A DNA stretch of 63,962 bases, the filler included, from Welwitschia mirabilis (lineage: Eukaryota), in the NCBI GenBank assembly GCA_051453625.1. It is 6 parts of one record of this genome, joined end to end, with 100 filler letters (N's around TTAATTAATTAA, not from the genome) between each part and the next. Parts side by side here need not be neighbours in the genome. Positions count along the whole stretch, not along the records: positions 30,918 to 56,919 come from JBOZIK010000001.1; 5 more parts are not named here. One strand, 5' to 3'. Both the position numbers and the translations under genes were made by a program. The notes beneath the pieces are model-generated. The model saw nothing but the letters and a program-made list of their open reading frames with translations. It searched no databases and was not told the origin of the DNA. Each line of letters starts with the position of its first letter. Position 1 is the stretch's first letter. This document shows, one piece after another, positions 41,333 to 54,500 of this stretch.

Positions 41333-42738
41333 TGTTGTAGTGCATATTTGTATGATTCTGAAGTCCTTAAGCAAATCCCTATCAATCATAAATGCTTATA
41401 CAAATCACACACGAGTATAGTTAGGAGTTAATCCAAATATTATAATCCATCAAAGGCACTAGGCTTGAAGTTATAGAATTGATTTGAGAAAGTATTTTTT
41501 GTCTTTTTCTATTTAAGTAAATGTAATAGAAATAATGCAAGAATACAATTCAAGATGAATGCTAATTTAATGCTTATAAATGAGATGCAAATGAAATAAC
41601 TCTAAGTAATAGATCTACTTAATTACCAATCTAATATTACCCAAATTGACCCTTCTAACCTATATCAATTAGGAAATAATGTTACTAAACCCTAACTAAC
41701 GTAAGCTATAAAGCACATCAAACAAATATAATAAAATACAAGTACTATAGTTATAAAATGCAATATGAAATAAAATGCAAATACTAAACTAATAATATCA
41801 ACCTATCACAGGTTGCCCTTATGACCTAGATTAATTATAAAGCTATCACAGAATTATAATCAATACAAACCATAAGGAAGATACACATAATAGAAATTAA
41901 TTGACCTTTTTATTAGTCTCTAACCACCAAGCATCCACTTACAGAGCAGTAGCATTTTAATGGATACACAACCTAATACCAAAAAAGATTTCTCTTTGTA
42001 GCTAAGATGAATCTCTTACCCTTTGATATCCTATCACAAGACTTTTAGGTATAATTAATGATTTTTGGAAGTAAGTACAAGGGAATATNNNNNNNNNNNN
42101 NNNNNNNNNNNNNNNNNNNNNNNNNNNNNNNNNNNNNNNNNNNNNNNNNNNNNNNNNNNNNNNNNNNNNNNNNNNNNNNNNNNNNNNNGATTTTTGGAAG
42201 TAAGTACAAGGGAATATTTATAACTTTTATATTGAATACTTTGGAAACAAAACCCTAGCAGCATACATGAAACCCTAGCAACTCAAATAGGCACATGAGC
42301 TTATTACAAAATTATATTTATCCAATATATAAAATAAATGTTGTCTTATCTATTGTCTGAACAACCATAAGGATGATACTACATCACAAAAGATGGCTCA
42401 TCGGCTTTTCGCTCTCGTCCATGTCAACATCCATGCTAGTTCTCCAAATGGACTATCATTTTGCAGTGTCGTTCATCTATTCAGATGACTATGGGGATGA
42501 CATCCTCATGAATTCTTTAACTAAGGGAAAATTAGCTTCCTTGATTATTAAACTCCTCTTTAGGATGCTAAGTATTAGAGTCTATTAAGAATACCTCTAG
42601 ATGTGTCAAGAGTTATATGTTTTCATGATCATCCCATCAACTCTTCATAATTGTCAAAACTCCATCTAAACTTATTTAAATGTCCTATAAAAGTACTCAA
42701 AATACCTTATCAAATATATACAATTTAGCATTACAAAA
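41333..42738 (-). mobile_element. 3' LTR
   Basis: Colinear with 50078-51350; adjacent PPT aaggctaagtggaaggcta on the minus strand resembles 18222-18240. Confidence 0.9.
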
Positions 42739-43827
42739 TAGCCTTCCACTTAGCCTTATTAGTTCCTAAAAGCGAACAACTACAAATTACGAGCCAAATT
42801 GACTAAGATAAATAGCAACTAAGAAACATGAATAAAGTTTAAGAATCTTACCATGTAGGATTAAATATTAAAATCTAATGAACTTGACATATTACCTTTT
42901 TCANNNNNNNNNNNNNNNNNNNNNNNNNNNNNNNNNNNNNNNNNNNNNNNNNNNNNNNNNNNNNNNNNNNNNNNNNNNNNNNNNNNNNNNNNNNNNNNNN
43001 NNNNNNNNNNNNNNNNNNNNNNNNNNNNNNNNNNNNNNNNNNNNNNNNNNNNNNNNNNNNNNNNNNNNNNNNNNNNNNNNNNNNNNNNNNNNNNNNNNNN
43101 NNNNNNNNNNNNNNNNNNNNNNNNNNNNNNNNNNNNNNNNNNNNNNNNNNNNNNNNNNNNNNNNNNNNNNNNNNNNNNNNNNNNNNNNNNNNNNNNNNNN
43201 NNNNNNNNNNNNNNNNNNNNNNNNNNNNNNNNNNNNNNNNNNNNNNNNNNNNNNNNNNNNNNNNNNNNNNNNNNNNNNNNNNNNNNNNNNNNNNNNNNNN
43301 NNNNNNNNNNNNNNNNNNNNNNNNNNNNNNNNNNNNNNNNNNNNNNNNNNNNNNNNNNNNNNNNNNNNNNNNNNNNNNNNNNNNNNNNNNNNNNNNNNNN
43401 NNNNNNNNNNNNNAATATAATGAACTTGACATGTTACCTTTTTCATGAGGTGAACTAGGGCTATCATCTGGTACTTTGTCCAGACGATGATGAGAGTGAC
43501 AAACTTAAAAATTTAGATCGAAAATTAAGTGTCTGTGAACATGATCATCAAAAAAATTAGAGCACTTTCAATTTGTGTTAGCCCTTCACTTAATACATTC
43601 ATCATAAAATAAAAATTAAATATCATACACATAAAAAATCATTATAAGATATAATCATGATAATTCAAAAAAGGATGTATATGTATAATCAAAACAGTGA
43701 TAACGCAAAATGGTTTGTATAAACTAATCAATGAGTTTAAGTATAATATTTAAGGGGTAAATACATCACAAATAATCATAACATCACTTTTCTAGTGGTT
43801 CTATAGTGAAGTCAACATGGGAGTTCA

Positions 43828-43905
43828 TAGGTGAAGGTGGAGAAGGAGGATGATCTTCTTTAATTGTAGGTGAAGGTGGAGAAGGATGATGATCTTCTTC
43901 AATTG
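43828..43905. repeat. 39-bp tandem duplication
   Basis: taggtgaaggtggagaaggaggatgatcttctttaattg twice; the minus strand reads Pro/Ser-rich like the env-like tail at 17600-17703. Confidence 0.9.
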
Positions 43906-46900
43906 AAAAGTGTGCACTAAGAGCCTACTGTCTAGCGTGTGTCCTGTTAAATAATACCTATAATTCATATCACATAAATAATATGAAATCATAGCCAGAC
44001 TAGCACGTCACACATATGTATCATGAAAGCTCATAATTAAAATTTTTGTTGAAAAATATCTCAAAAGTATGTCTTTCGCCCCTACATATGAATTAATATG
44101 TCCTGTAGTACAATAACATAAGAAGAAAAGATAAAAATGCATTTTAAGTATTATCCACCAGTGTTGTCTGAATGACTAGGCAAATGACGGCCCTCTAAGA
44201 AAAATTGGCAGAAAGTAAAGTTTAGGTAAGGTAAGATAGTCAATGACAATATAGTGAGGCCTTAGAAAATCATCATGAAGTCTAAGAAATAGATAAAATC
44301 TAAGAATTNNNNNNNNNNTAAGAGAAAAGGACATTAGGATAGGGCAATGATACTGCACCAAGTAAAAAGAAGCAACACTAAGAAAAATCATCAAATGTGC
44401 TAGAACTCAAAAGCATTAGAGATTAGCAAGTGGATGTGTTTAAATTCAAAAAGATGCTAAAGGAACATATGGGATAAATGATATTATGAGCTAAAGGAAC
44501 ATCATTTATTGAAGTATTAAAAAAATCAACCTATATAGATAAAAACTNNNNNNNNNNNNNNNNNNNNNNNNNNNNNNNNNNNNNNNNNNNNNNNNNNNNN
44601 NNNNNNNNNNNNNNNNNNNNNNNNNNNNNNNNNNNNNNNNNNNNNNNNNNNNNNNNNNNNNNNNNNNNNNNNNNNNNNNNNNNNNNNNNNNNNNNNNNNN
44701 NNNNNNNNNNNNNNNNNNNNNNNNNNNNNNNNNNNNNNNNNNNNNNNNNNNNNNNNNNNNNNNNNNNNNNNNNNNNNNNNNNNNNNNNNNNNNNNNNNNN
44801 NNNNNNNNNNNNNNNNNNNNNNNNNNNNNNNNNNNNNNNNNNNNNNNNNNNNNNNNNNNNNNNNNNNNNNNNNNNNNNNNNNNNNNNNNNNNNNNNNNNN
44901 NNNAAAAATTAAGGAAACAACTTTAAAATATCTAATAAAACAACTAGGGAAAATAAAAAGTGAAAAACGATAAGTAGGAATATAAATAAGATTGTTTACC
45001 TACCCTAAATTCTAATCTTGTAAATTCCCTTAGTAGAAATCATAAATTCATTTGATTAATGATGCATAACATGATGTAAAAACTTTATAAAGTACCACTC
45101 AAATAGATAGCAATTATGATGATATCAAGCAGATCTAATTTTTTCAATTAATGAATAATAAGTTAAAAAGTCATTAAAAGATGGACTCACTTACTTACAC
45201 CCCGAAACACACCAAAATATTAAAAATTAAAATGATCATGTTGGAGTACTATATGCACAATGAGTCTAGAAAACAAGTAATAACTCTAATGACATGAGAG
45301 ACATCACTGATTTCATAGCCTCTAAGTNNNNNNNNNNNNNNNNNNNNNNNNNNNNNNNNNNNNNNNNNNNNNNNNNNNNNNNNNNNNNNNNNNNNNNNNN
45401 NNNNNNNNNNNNNNNNNNNNNNNNNNNAATATTAAAAATTAAAATGATCATGTTGGAGTACTGTATGCACAATGAGTCTAGAAAACAAGTAATAACTCTA
45501 ATGACATGAAAGACATCACTGATTTCATAGCCTCTAAGTGATAATTATTTTCATAGTAACCAGAGTTTAACCACTATCAAAGGAGTAAGGACCCATGAAG
45601 CATGGCCAACTAATCCCTAATGAAGTTCCCATAGTTACCAACACTACCTAAGATCCTTATTAGAAAAATATATCCCAGTGTGATAGGACATCAAGGTGAC
45701 CATTTTTTAGCTCAGATATAAAAGATTATAGTCATTATTTATTTATTTCTTTCTTTCTTTTTTCTTTTTTCTTTTTTTTTTGGGAATAATTCCTACATAA
45801 CCAAGTACTCTTAAATATGAAGGTGAAGTAATGACATGATAAATAAGGGAGGACATACTAAAAAAACTAAATATTTGCATCATTAATAGAGAATAAAAGA
45901 ATCAATACATCTTTTTTCAAAATGAAGTTCATAGATGTATGAATGTTTTAAGATTGTGTAAATCCAATCTTATCACTTTGAAATGCCCAAGTAAAATATT
46001 ACTAATCATGGTANNNNNNNNNNNNNNNNNNNNNNNNATAACTTCATAAAGTAATACATACATTAATTTAAAGATGTTCAAGTGTTCTACCAAAGGAAGT
46101 AGCTAAGGAAGAATTTAGACATTGGTAAGAGGAAAGTGCTTCTCACCGAGAAGGGCTTCTAAGATAAATGCTTTTATCATGTTCATGGTTTGAGCAATAG
46201 GTAAATCATAGATTTTTAACCTTTATCCGTTAACGTTTTGAATTTCCCTAGTGTTTGAATCAGAGATTTCAACTGAGCCATCAGAATGTACTCTTTCCAA
46301 AAAATAAGAAACAAACCATATAAGAACTAATTGATAAACTATAAAAAGGTATGCATACATTTTTTAGAGGAATTAATTAATAATAAACATCTTGACTAAA
46401 TAACATTTTAACTGCATAAGATTCATTAACAACATAAGAGGTAAAGAGTCAATTTATTTCATGGAAAACTAATCCCTTATTAAACTTATGGTATAAAGAA
46501 CTCAAAACATAGATTTTATTTAAAGATTAATATTGAAAATGAAAGACATTAATGTTACTATTAGGGATCGAAGAATTTTGAGAAAGCTTCTTAGAAAAAC
46601 CAATTAGGATGGATTTTACATACATAAGAAGCTCCTTAAGATTCAATTCTAAGCATAGATTATTATCAATAAGATAAGGTTTACTCCAATTTAAAATTCC
46701 AAAATATTTTAAATTATACTTTTGAAAAGAGTAATAATTAAAGGCATAAGGTAAAGTGGACAACCCAGAAGAGGAAAGAATGTTACTTTGAGAATTACAT
46801 GGAGCTTCAAGAGGAAGAGATTAAGATACATTAGGAATAGACTGATGTGAATTTGATATTCATATGATTGTTCAAATAGAAGAGATGGAGAAACATTGTA

Positions 46901-47299
46901 AAGGTCACAAGGTAATGAGGGAGTAGAAGAATGAAGGATGTTATTTGGGGTTTTACTTGAAAGTACAAATGAAAGGAATGGAGAAACATGATTAAAGTCT
47001 TTAGATTGGGTTATTTCATTGGAAGGAATAACTCTATCCTCAATTTTGGTTTGATTTCTATGGGTTCTTCATTATTCCTATTCTCCTCATTATTATTTTC
47101 ATCATTACTTTGTTGAATGGTTTTTTCACCTTTTTTATTATTATCTTTAACTATCTCTTCTTATTCTTTATTGTACTCATTATTATTGTCATTCTTTAAG
47201 TTATTGGATTCATTAAAAAGATCATAAAGAGAAATGTACTTATCATCTTCATTATGTAATGGAAGATTTCTTAATATTTCTTAAGTTAACACTTCTTCT

Positions 47300-48697
47300 T
47301 CATTACATTCTAAAAGTAAGTGAAGACTAGGTATATGATCTAGTATTTCTATATCATCATTTTCTTTATATTTATCATTCTTAGAAGTTGAAGCCTCATG
47401 AGTAGATAGTGTTATATCAATTTCACTTCTAGTCACTACCTTCTAATCCTTCTTATTTTCATTTGGATTCAGTAAGGTTGAGATGCAATAGACCCTTATA
47501 GTCATTGATTGACCAACATCATTTCTTGAAGTAGACTAATTACATTCTTAATGTTTTTATTTTAGTTCTCAATTGTTGTGTTGGTCTTTTATTTCATTTT
47601 CCTTAACTCCTCTATTATGTCTCTAAGAGAATCACTCTGGTTTTGTTGAAAATTTGAGGTACTTTGTTGAAAGTTGGAGTTACTTGGTTGAAAATTTAAC
47701 TTTTTGAGTCTATACTTAAAAGGTTGAAAATTTTATTACCCAATCATTCTTTAATATTGTAATTGATTTTTAACGTTGGAAGTCCTTTGGTTGAATGCAC
47801 ATACTTCCTCAAACATCCTCTCTTTACATGTTAGAAGAAGGAGCATTTTTTTATTGAAAGAGAGTTGTCTTCGTGTGAATCACATGTTGAAATTAAGTTC
47901 CTCTCATTTGCTAATTTTGCATCAATTACTATTTGATTATATTTCTTCAAAGTGGTAGTGAAATCCCTAATTACATTAGTTGAATAACATTTTTCTTTCT
48001 CCTTATCATGTCTTACTTCCTTTAGATCTTTTATGATGTGGTCAACAGTTTGATTTTTCATATTAGTTGGTTTTGGTTAAGTTTGACTTATCTCTACTAG
48101 TTCTTCCAATAATTTTCATGCTTCATCTAAAGTTAAGTTTATCATATTACCCAAAAGTAAAGTTTACAAGTTGTTTTGTTTGACTATTCAATCCACTATA
48201 AGAATAATCTATCTATTCTTCCTTAGAAAATTCATCAATAGGGTTGGAATGAACAACTATAATAAATCGTTCATAAGTTGTGGTATAATCTTCATGGATT
48301 TGTTGTTAAAAGTTGGTAACTTGCTTCATCTTTTTATCACAGTATTTTTCACTCATAAATCTTTTGATGAAGGCTTATTGTGCTTGATTCCAAGACTTAA
48401 AGACTCTTATGTGAAATGGTTCTAAGTCAAAGTTTAACTTTTTCTCTAAGTGTAATAGGAAAGATGACTATATAAGTTTTATCACTAATTCATTTTTTAC
48501 TTTTTTTAAGGTAAGCATAAGTTGTTTTCTATGTTATCTAGGTGTTGAAATGGATCCTCTTCAGTCTTTCCTAAAAATATTGGATATACACTTAAGTTTC
48601 TAAGTACTACATCGTCACTGGGAGACAAGTTGAAAGGGTTTTGGATTTCACGTTTTCTATTGGCTATTAAATCTTTAAGTGTAACATTCATATTCAA
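47300..48697 (-). pseudogene. Athila-like gag (decayed)
   Basis: PIFLGKTEEDPFQHLDNIENNLC; FPITLREK; colinear with gag at 8550-9850. Confidence 0.85.
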
Positions 48698-50056
48698 ATT
48701 ATATTTTCCTACTATGATTAGTATATTATGTGAAGCTAATTTTTTTCTTTTGCATTGAATTTGATATAGATGAAAAAGAAATAAAATGATTTGATTTTAT
48801 GTTGTTATTTTTACAATCTTCTTTTGAAAATTTTGATTTTGAAATAATAAAAGTAGAAAAATCTTTTTCTTTAATTTTTAGAATTTAAATACTTAGGATG
48901 TGCATGCTTAGATTTTTCTCATAGTTAAATAATCCTTCTTTGATGTTTTTCATAATGAAGATTCACTCCCTCTGATATTTTATGTTTCTAATAGAATTTG
49001 CCATATCCTTGCATACTCAGAAAAATGCATACATAATCATTGTCTTGATTATCATCTGGACGATATACAATAGATGACCACTTATTCAAAAACAAATTTC
49101 AAAATCAAGAACAAGTGATTTACAAAAAATAGAAACAATACTAAGTGACTGTCATCTTGTGAGTCATCTGAATGATAGAGGGGACAATGCTAGGATTATT
49201 ACGCTATAAAAAATTACCAAAAATAGAAAAACCTAAATTGTAAAAAAGAACTAGAACTCCTAGTTTTAATTCATCATCTACTTACATCATCTAGATGATG
49301 GAGGGGATGACAAGGCATTATCATATTATGGAAATTAAAAATTGTGAAAATAAAACTATAGAATCTAAAATAAAAATACAGTGCTACCTCAAACAGATAA
49401 TCCAAATCGAAATCCAATGTACTTATCTATTATAATGATAATCCTCTAGCTCCTTATGGCCTGTCTCAGTAATGACACCAAAANNNNNNNNNNNNNNNNN
49501 NNNNNNNNNNNNNNNNNNNNNNNNNNNNNNNNNNNNNNNNNNNNNNNNNNNNNNNNNNNNNNNNNNNNNNNNNNNNNNNNNNNTAATAGAATTTGCCATA
49601 TCCTTGCATACCCAGAAAAATGCATACATAATCGTTGTCTTGATTATCATCTGGACAATATCAACAGATGATCACTTATTCAAAAACAAATTTCAAAATC
49701 GAGAAAAAGTAATTTACAAAAAATAGAAACAATACTAAGCGACTATCATCTTGTGAGTCATCTGAATGATAGAGGGGATAATGCTAGAATTCCTACGCTA
49801 TAAAAGATTACCAAAAATAGAAAAACCTAAATTGCAAAAAAGAACTAGAACTCCTAGTTTCAATTCATCATCTACTTACATCAGCTAGATTATGGAGGGG
49901 ATGACAAGGCATTATCATACTATGGAAATTAAAAATTGTAAAAATAAAACTATAGAATCTAAAATAAAGATACAGTGCTACTTCAAATAGATAATCCAAA
50001 TCAAAATCCAATGTACTTATCTATTATAATGACAATCCTCTATCTCCTTATGGCCT

Positions 50057-50074
50057 TCCTCAGTAATGGTACCA
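50057..50074 (-). promoter_or_regulatory. PBS, tRNA-Asp type (Athila), deaminated
   Basis: TGGTACCATTACTGAGGA versus TGGCGCCGTTGCCGGGGA; all 6 differences are C>T or G>A; 3 nt from the LTR end. Confidence 0.8.
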
Positions 50075-50077
50075 AAA

Positions 50078-51350
50078 TGTTGTGGTGCATATTTGTGCAA
50101 TCCTTAAGGTCTTAAACAAAGTCTTATTAATCACAAATGCTTACACAAAACACACATTAGTATAGATTGGAGTTAACTCGAATGTCATAATTCATCGAAG
50201 ACACTAGGCTTGAAGTTAGATAATTAGTTTGATAAAGTATTTTTGGTCTTTTTCTATTTAAGTAAATAAAATAGGAACAATGCAAGAATACTACGCAAGA
50301 TGAATGATAATGCAATGCTTATAAATAAGATGTAAATGAAATAGCTTTAAGTAATAGATTTGCTCAACTACTGACCTGTTGTCACCCAGATCGACCCTTA
50401 TAACTTAGATCAATTGGAAAATTCTATCACTAGATCCTAACTAATAAAAGTTATAAGGCACATCAAATAGAATACAATGGAATGTAAGTAATATAGTTAT
50501 GAAATGCAATACAAAATGAAATGCAAGTACTAAACTTATAATATCAACCTATTACAGGTTAGCCTTATGATCTAGATCAATTATAAAGCTGTCATAGAAT
50601 TATAACCAACATAAAATATAAGGGAGATGTAAATAATAGAAATAGATAGACCCTTTTATTAATCTCAAATCAAACACCCATGTACAAAGACTAGCATCTT
50701 AATAGAGGATACATAATTCAACACTAAGGAAGACTTATTTTTTTCTATAGCTAGGATGGACCTCTTACCCTTTAATCTTCCGTTATAAGACTTTTAGATA
50801 TAACCAATGGTTTTTAAAAGTAAGGACAAGGGAATATTTATAACTTTTACATAGAATACACTAGGAACAAAATCCTAGTAGTGTAAATGAAATTGTAGCA
50901 ACCCAAATAAGTGTGTAATCCCATTAAAAATTTATATTCGTATGTTACATAAAATAAATATTATTCTATATGTCATCTGAGTAATCATAAGGATGCTAAT
51001 ACATCACAAAAGATGACTCATTAGCTTCCTGCTCTAATCCATGTTAACATTCATGTTAGCTCTCTAAATGGACTATCATCTTACAGTCTCATCTAAATAA
51101 CTATGAGGATGACATTCTCATGAGCTTTCCAATTAAGGGGAAATTAGCTTCTTGGGTTATTAAACTCCTCCTCAGAATGTTAAGTATTAGAGTCTACCTG
51201 AAATACCTCTAGATGTGTTAAGAATTACATGTTTTTGTGATCATTCCATTGGCTCTTCATAATTATTAGAAATCCACCTAAACTTATTTAAATGTCCTGT
51301 AAAAATACTTAAAATACCTTATTAAATATATACAATTTGGCATTACAATA
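50078..51350 (-). mobile_element. 5' LTR
   Basis: Colinear with 41333-42738; followed by the PBS on the minus strand. Confidence 0.9.
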
Positions 51351-51559
51351 GTGTATTTTTTAAATTTTTTTAAAGTATCTTTTAAAAAATTAATACTTTT
51401 GTTTTCCCCATTTCTTTCATTAAAATAGCTTATAATAATTTATTTCAGTGTTTTCTTTTGGTTTGATCCTTGTTGTTGTTCTTACATCAATCCCTTAGCT
51501 TGTAGGACACCATGATGAGGAGTAGTTGAGTGTATCCTTACATTTCACTCTTGATGCTT

Positions 51560-54500
51560 AGCTTGTCTAAAGTTATGTCAATCTCAACCTTTTTGATTTT
51601 AATTATAGTAATTTCTTAGAAAAATCTTGTATCTTTTCAAATCAAGAGCAAATAAGTAAAAATACTAAAGCATATGAAACAATGAAGTTAAGAAAGATAA
51701 ATTCATCTCTAGTAAAAGAATATGATGTTACAACATATGACTTCCTGGCGAACCCTATTAGTTAAGAGAAATATCTTAAGATTAATGAGAAAATACCANN
51801 NNNNNNNNNNNNNNNNNNNNNNNNNNNNNNNNNNNNNNNNNNNNNNNNNNNNNNNNNNNNNNNNNNNNNNNNNNNNNNNNNNNNNNNNNNNNNNNNNNTG
51901 TTACAACATATGACTTCCTGATGGATCCTGTTAGTTAAGAGAAATATCTTAAGATTAATGAGAAAATACCACAATAAACTAAATCTGAGCTCAAAAGTAT
52001 GTTATTGTCTTTTAGGAACATCTTTGCTTGGCATTCAAAAGATATTCCAGGTATTAAAAAATCTATAATTATGCATAATATCATCCTAAAGCTAAACTCA
52101 ATCCTAGTGAAATAAAAGAATAGAAAGCTTAACCTTCATCTTATATGAGTAGTGGAACAAGATCTAGAGCATCTTTTAACTATAGGTTTCACCCGACTAG
52201 TAGACTATTCAGATTGGTTTTTTAACATAATAGTCATTCTAAGGAAGAAATACTAAAGTGGGATTTGCATCAAGCATCATGACCTAAACAAGATTACCTT
52301 AAAGGATGACTATTCTTATCAAACATTAACATCCTAATAGATAAAAGTGCTAGTTATAACCTCTTATTGTTCATGGACGGTTACTCATGTTATAATCAAA
52401 TATTCATCAATCCCCTAGATCAATACAAAATAAATTTTATAACATCATGGAGTTTCTTATATTATGTCATGATGTTTTTGGGATTAAAAAATTCTGATGT
52501 AACATACTGGTATGAAATGACATACATCTTTCATAAATGATTCATCGAAATGTGAAAGACAATGTGGATAATGTTATGGTTAAGTAAAATATGGTCATTG
52601 ATCATTCTAATAACTTAAATAAACTCTTGATGTAATTAAGATAGTATGATCTATGTTTAAGTCCAAAGAAATGCATGTTTAACATATCATTAGAGAAAAT
52701 CATAGGGTTCATGGTATTAATAAGAGGCATAGAAATTGATCCAGATAAGATTAAGGCAGTCATTACTATGCCACTCCACAGAGTCTAAAAGAACTATAGA
52801 GTCTATAAGGTACACTGTAGGTGACACGTCAGTTTATCTTAACTTTGGAAAATCAATGTGGGCTATTCATGCACTTCCTTAAGAAAGATAACAAGTTGAA
52901 ATGGGATGAGAATCACCAAAAGTCTTTTAATAAGATTAAAGAGTATTTAACATCCACTTCTTTAGTAAGTCCACATAAGCTAGATCAACTATTTTATCTT
53001 TACCTTATATGTACTCCCACATTAGTTAGTGCAATTATCTTTTAAAGATATGAACTTCATCGATGTCATCTAATATACTACATTAGTAAGACACTGCACC
53101 AATATGAGAGATACTACACTGATGTGGAAAAGGCATGTTTGAGTCTGGTATTTACCTTACAAAAGTTTCATTATCACATGATGATGAATAAAATAATTAT
53201 AATTAATAATTAGGACCTACTCAAACATCTACATAAATATTCTAGTGTTAGTACGTAATTAACCAAATGAGCATCAATCCTTAACGAGTTTAGCTTATAA
53301 TTTTAATTGCAAAAATTAATCAAAGGAAAGTGTATTTCTTAACAAATGGAAGATTTTCTAGTTAAATCTGAAGGTGAAACCTTTAATGAGTTTGAGAAAT
53401 TTTCCAACAAGAAAATTTACATCATTAAAATGAAAAAGAATTGGAATGGATTGAGGTTCTTTGACAATACATTTAACTAAAATGGTGGATTTATAGGACT
53501 AGTCTTCTTTCTTAATAATAAAACCATCTTGCCATTCTCTTTTAAGCTAAGTTATTTTTGTACAAATAACATTACTGAATATAGAGCTTTAGTAAGAGGA
53601 ACCACACTAGCCATTCAAAGAAGTTTCAAGAAAGTATACATGTTTGATGACTCACAACTAGTCATCAATTAAGTCTTCAGTAGGTAAGAAGCTAAGTTAG
53701 GAATCTTATATGCATATCTTGAAAAGTAAGAAAGATTCTTACATTATTTAAGTCATCTAAAATTTTACTTATCCCTAAAAATAAAGACTACTTTGTAGAC
53801 TATCTTGTAGACTTCATGCAAACATGTTTTAAAGATTCATCCTTTAAAGAGTACGTCACATGCATGGATGTCAATCAAAATTTCCTTGATGAACGCCTCA
53901 TGCTAGCTTATCTAGAACTATTGTAAGATGAGGTAAGTCATTGATAAAATATCTCAGATCAAATAATGAGTGATATGACACTCTAATAGACTACCTAGCT
54001 AACTAAAAGCTACTAAAAAAATTCTCGTCATTACAAAAGTAGAACTTTAGGGATCAAGTCATATACTTTACCCTAATTCAAGATCAACTGTATAAAAAGT
54101 CAAATGAAGGTGTCTTATTAAGGTGCCTAAAGTTAAGTAAAGTCATGCATGTTTTAACAGATACATACTAGACTATTTAGGCCCTACTCAAGGGTAAGAT
54201 CACTATTGAATCACAAGATAAGTTCTAGTTATTTCTAGAAAAAAATGAGTAATAACTACTTCAAGAGGGTGAGGACATGTCATACGTATCAGATATTTTC
54301 ATTGAGAATACATTAAATGCCTAATGAAATCTTTACTTTTGATCCAATTGGGTTTTCAAAAAGTGGGGTATGGATTTGATTAGTTCTATCATGCCTATCA
54401 CATCAAGATAACATGCATTCATTCTTACTGTAATAGAATACTTTTATAAATGATTTGAAGCGGTCTCATTATGGTAAGAAATTTTAAAGCAAATCCAAAA

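Larger units (their letters stand above)
41333..51350 (-). mobile_element. Complete non-autonomous Athila-like LTR element (gag retained, pol core absent)
   Basis: Paired LTRs 41333-42738 and 50078-51350; PBS 50057-50074; PPT 42739-42757; flanks gcata/gtgta; gag present. Confidence 0.85.

Noticed and set aside
49466..49483. Second PBS suggesting a tandem element
   Set aside because: Part of the duplicate flanking a 100-N gap; probably an assembly artefact
53445..53810. Second RNase H as a novel captured gene
   Set aside because: The additional archaeal-type RNase H is an established feature of Tat-clade elements
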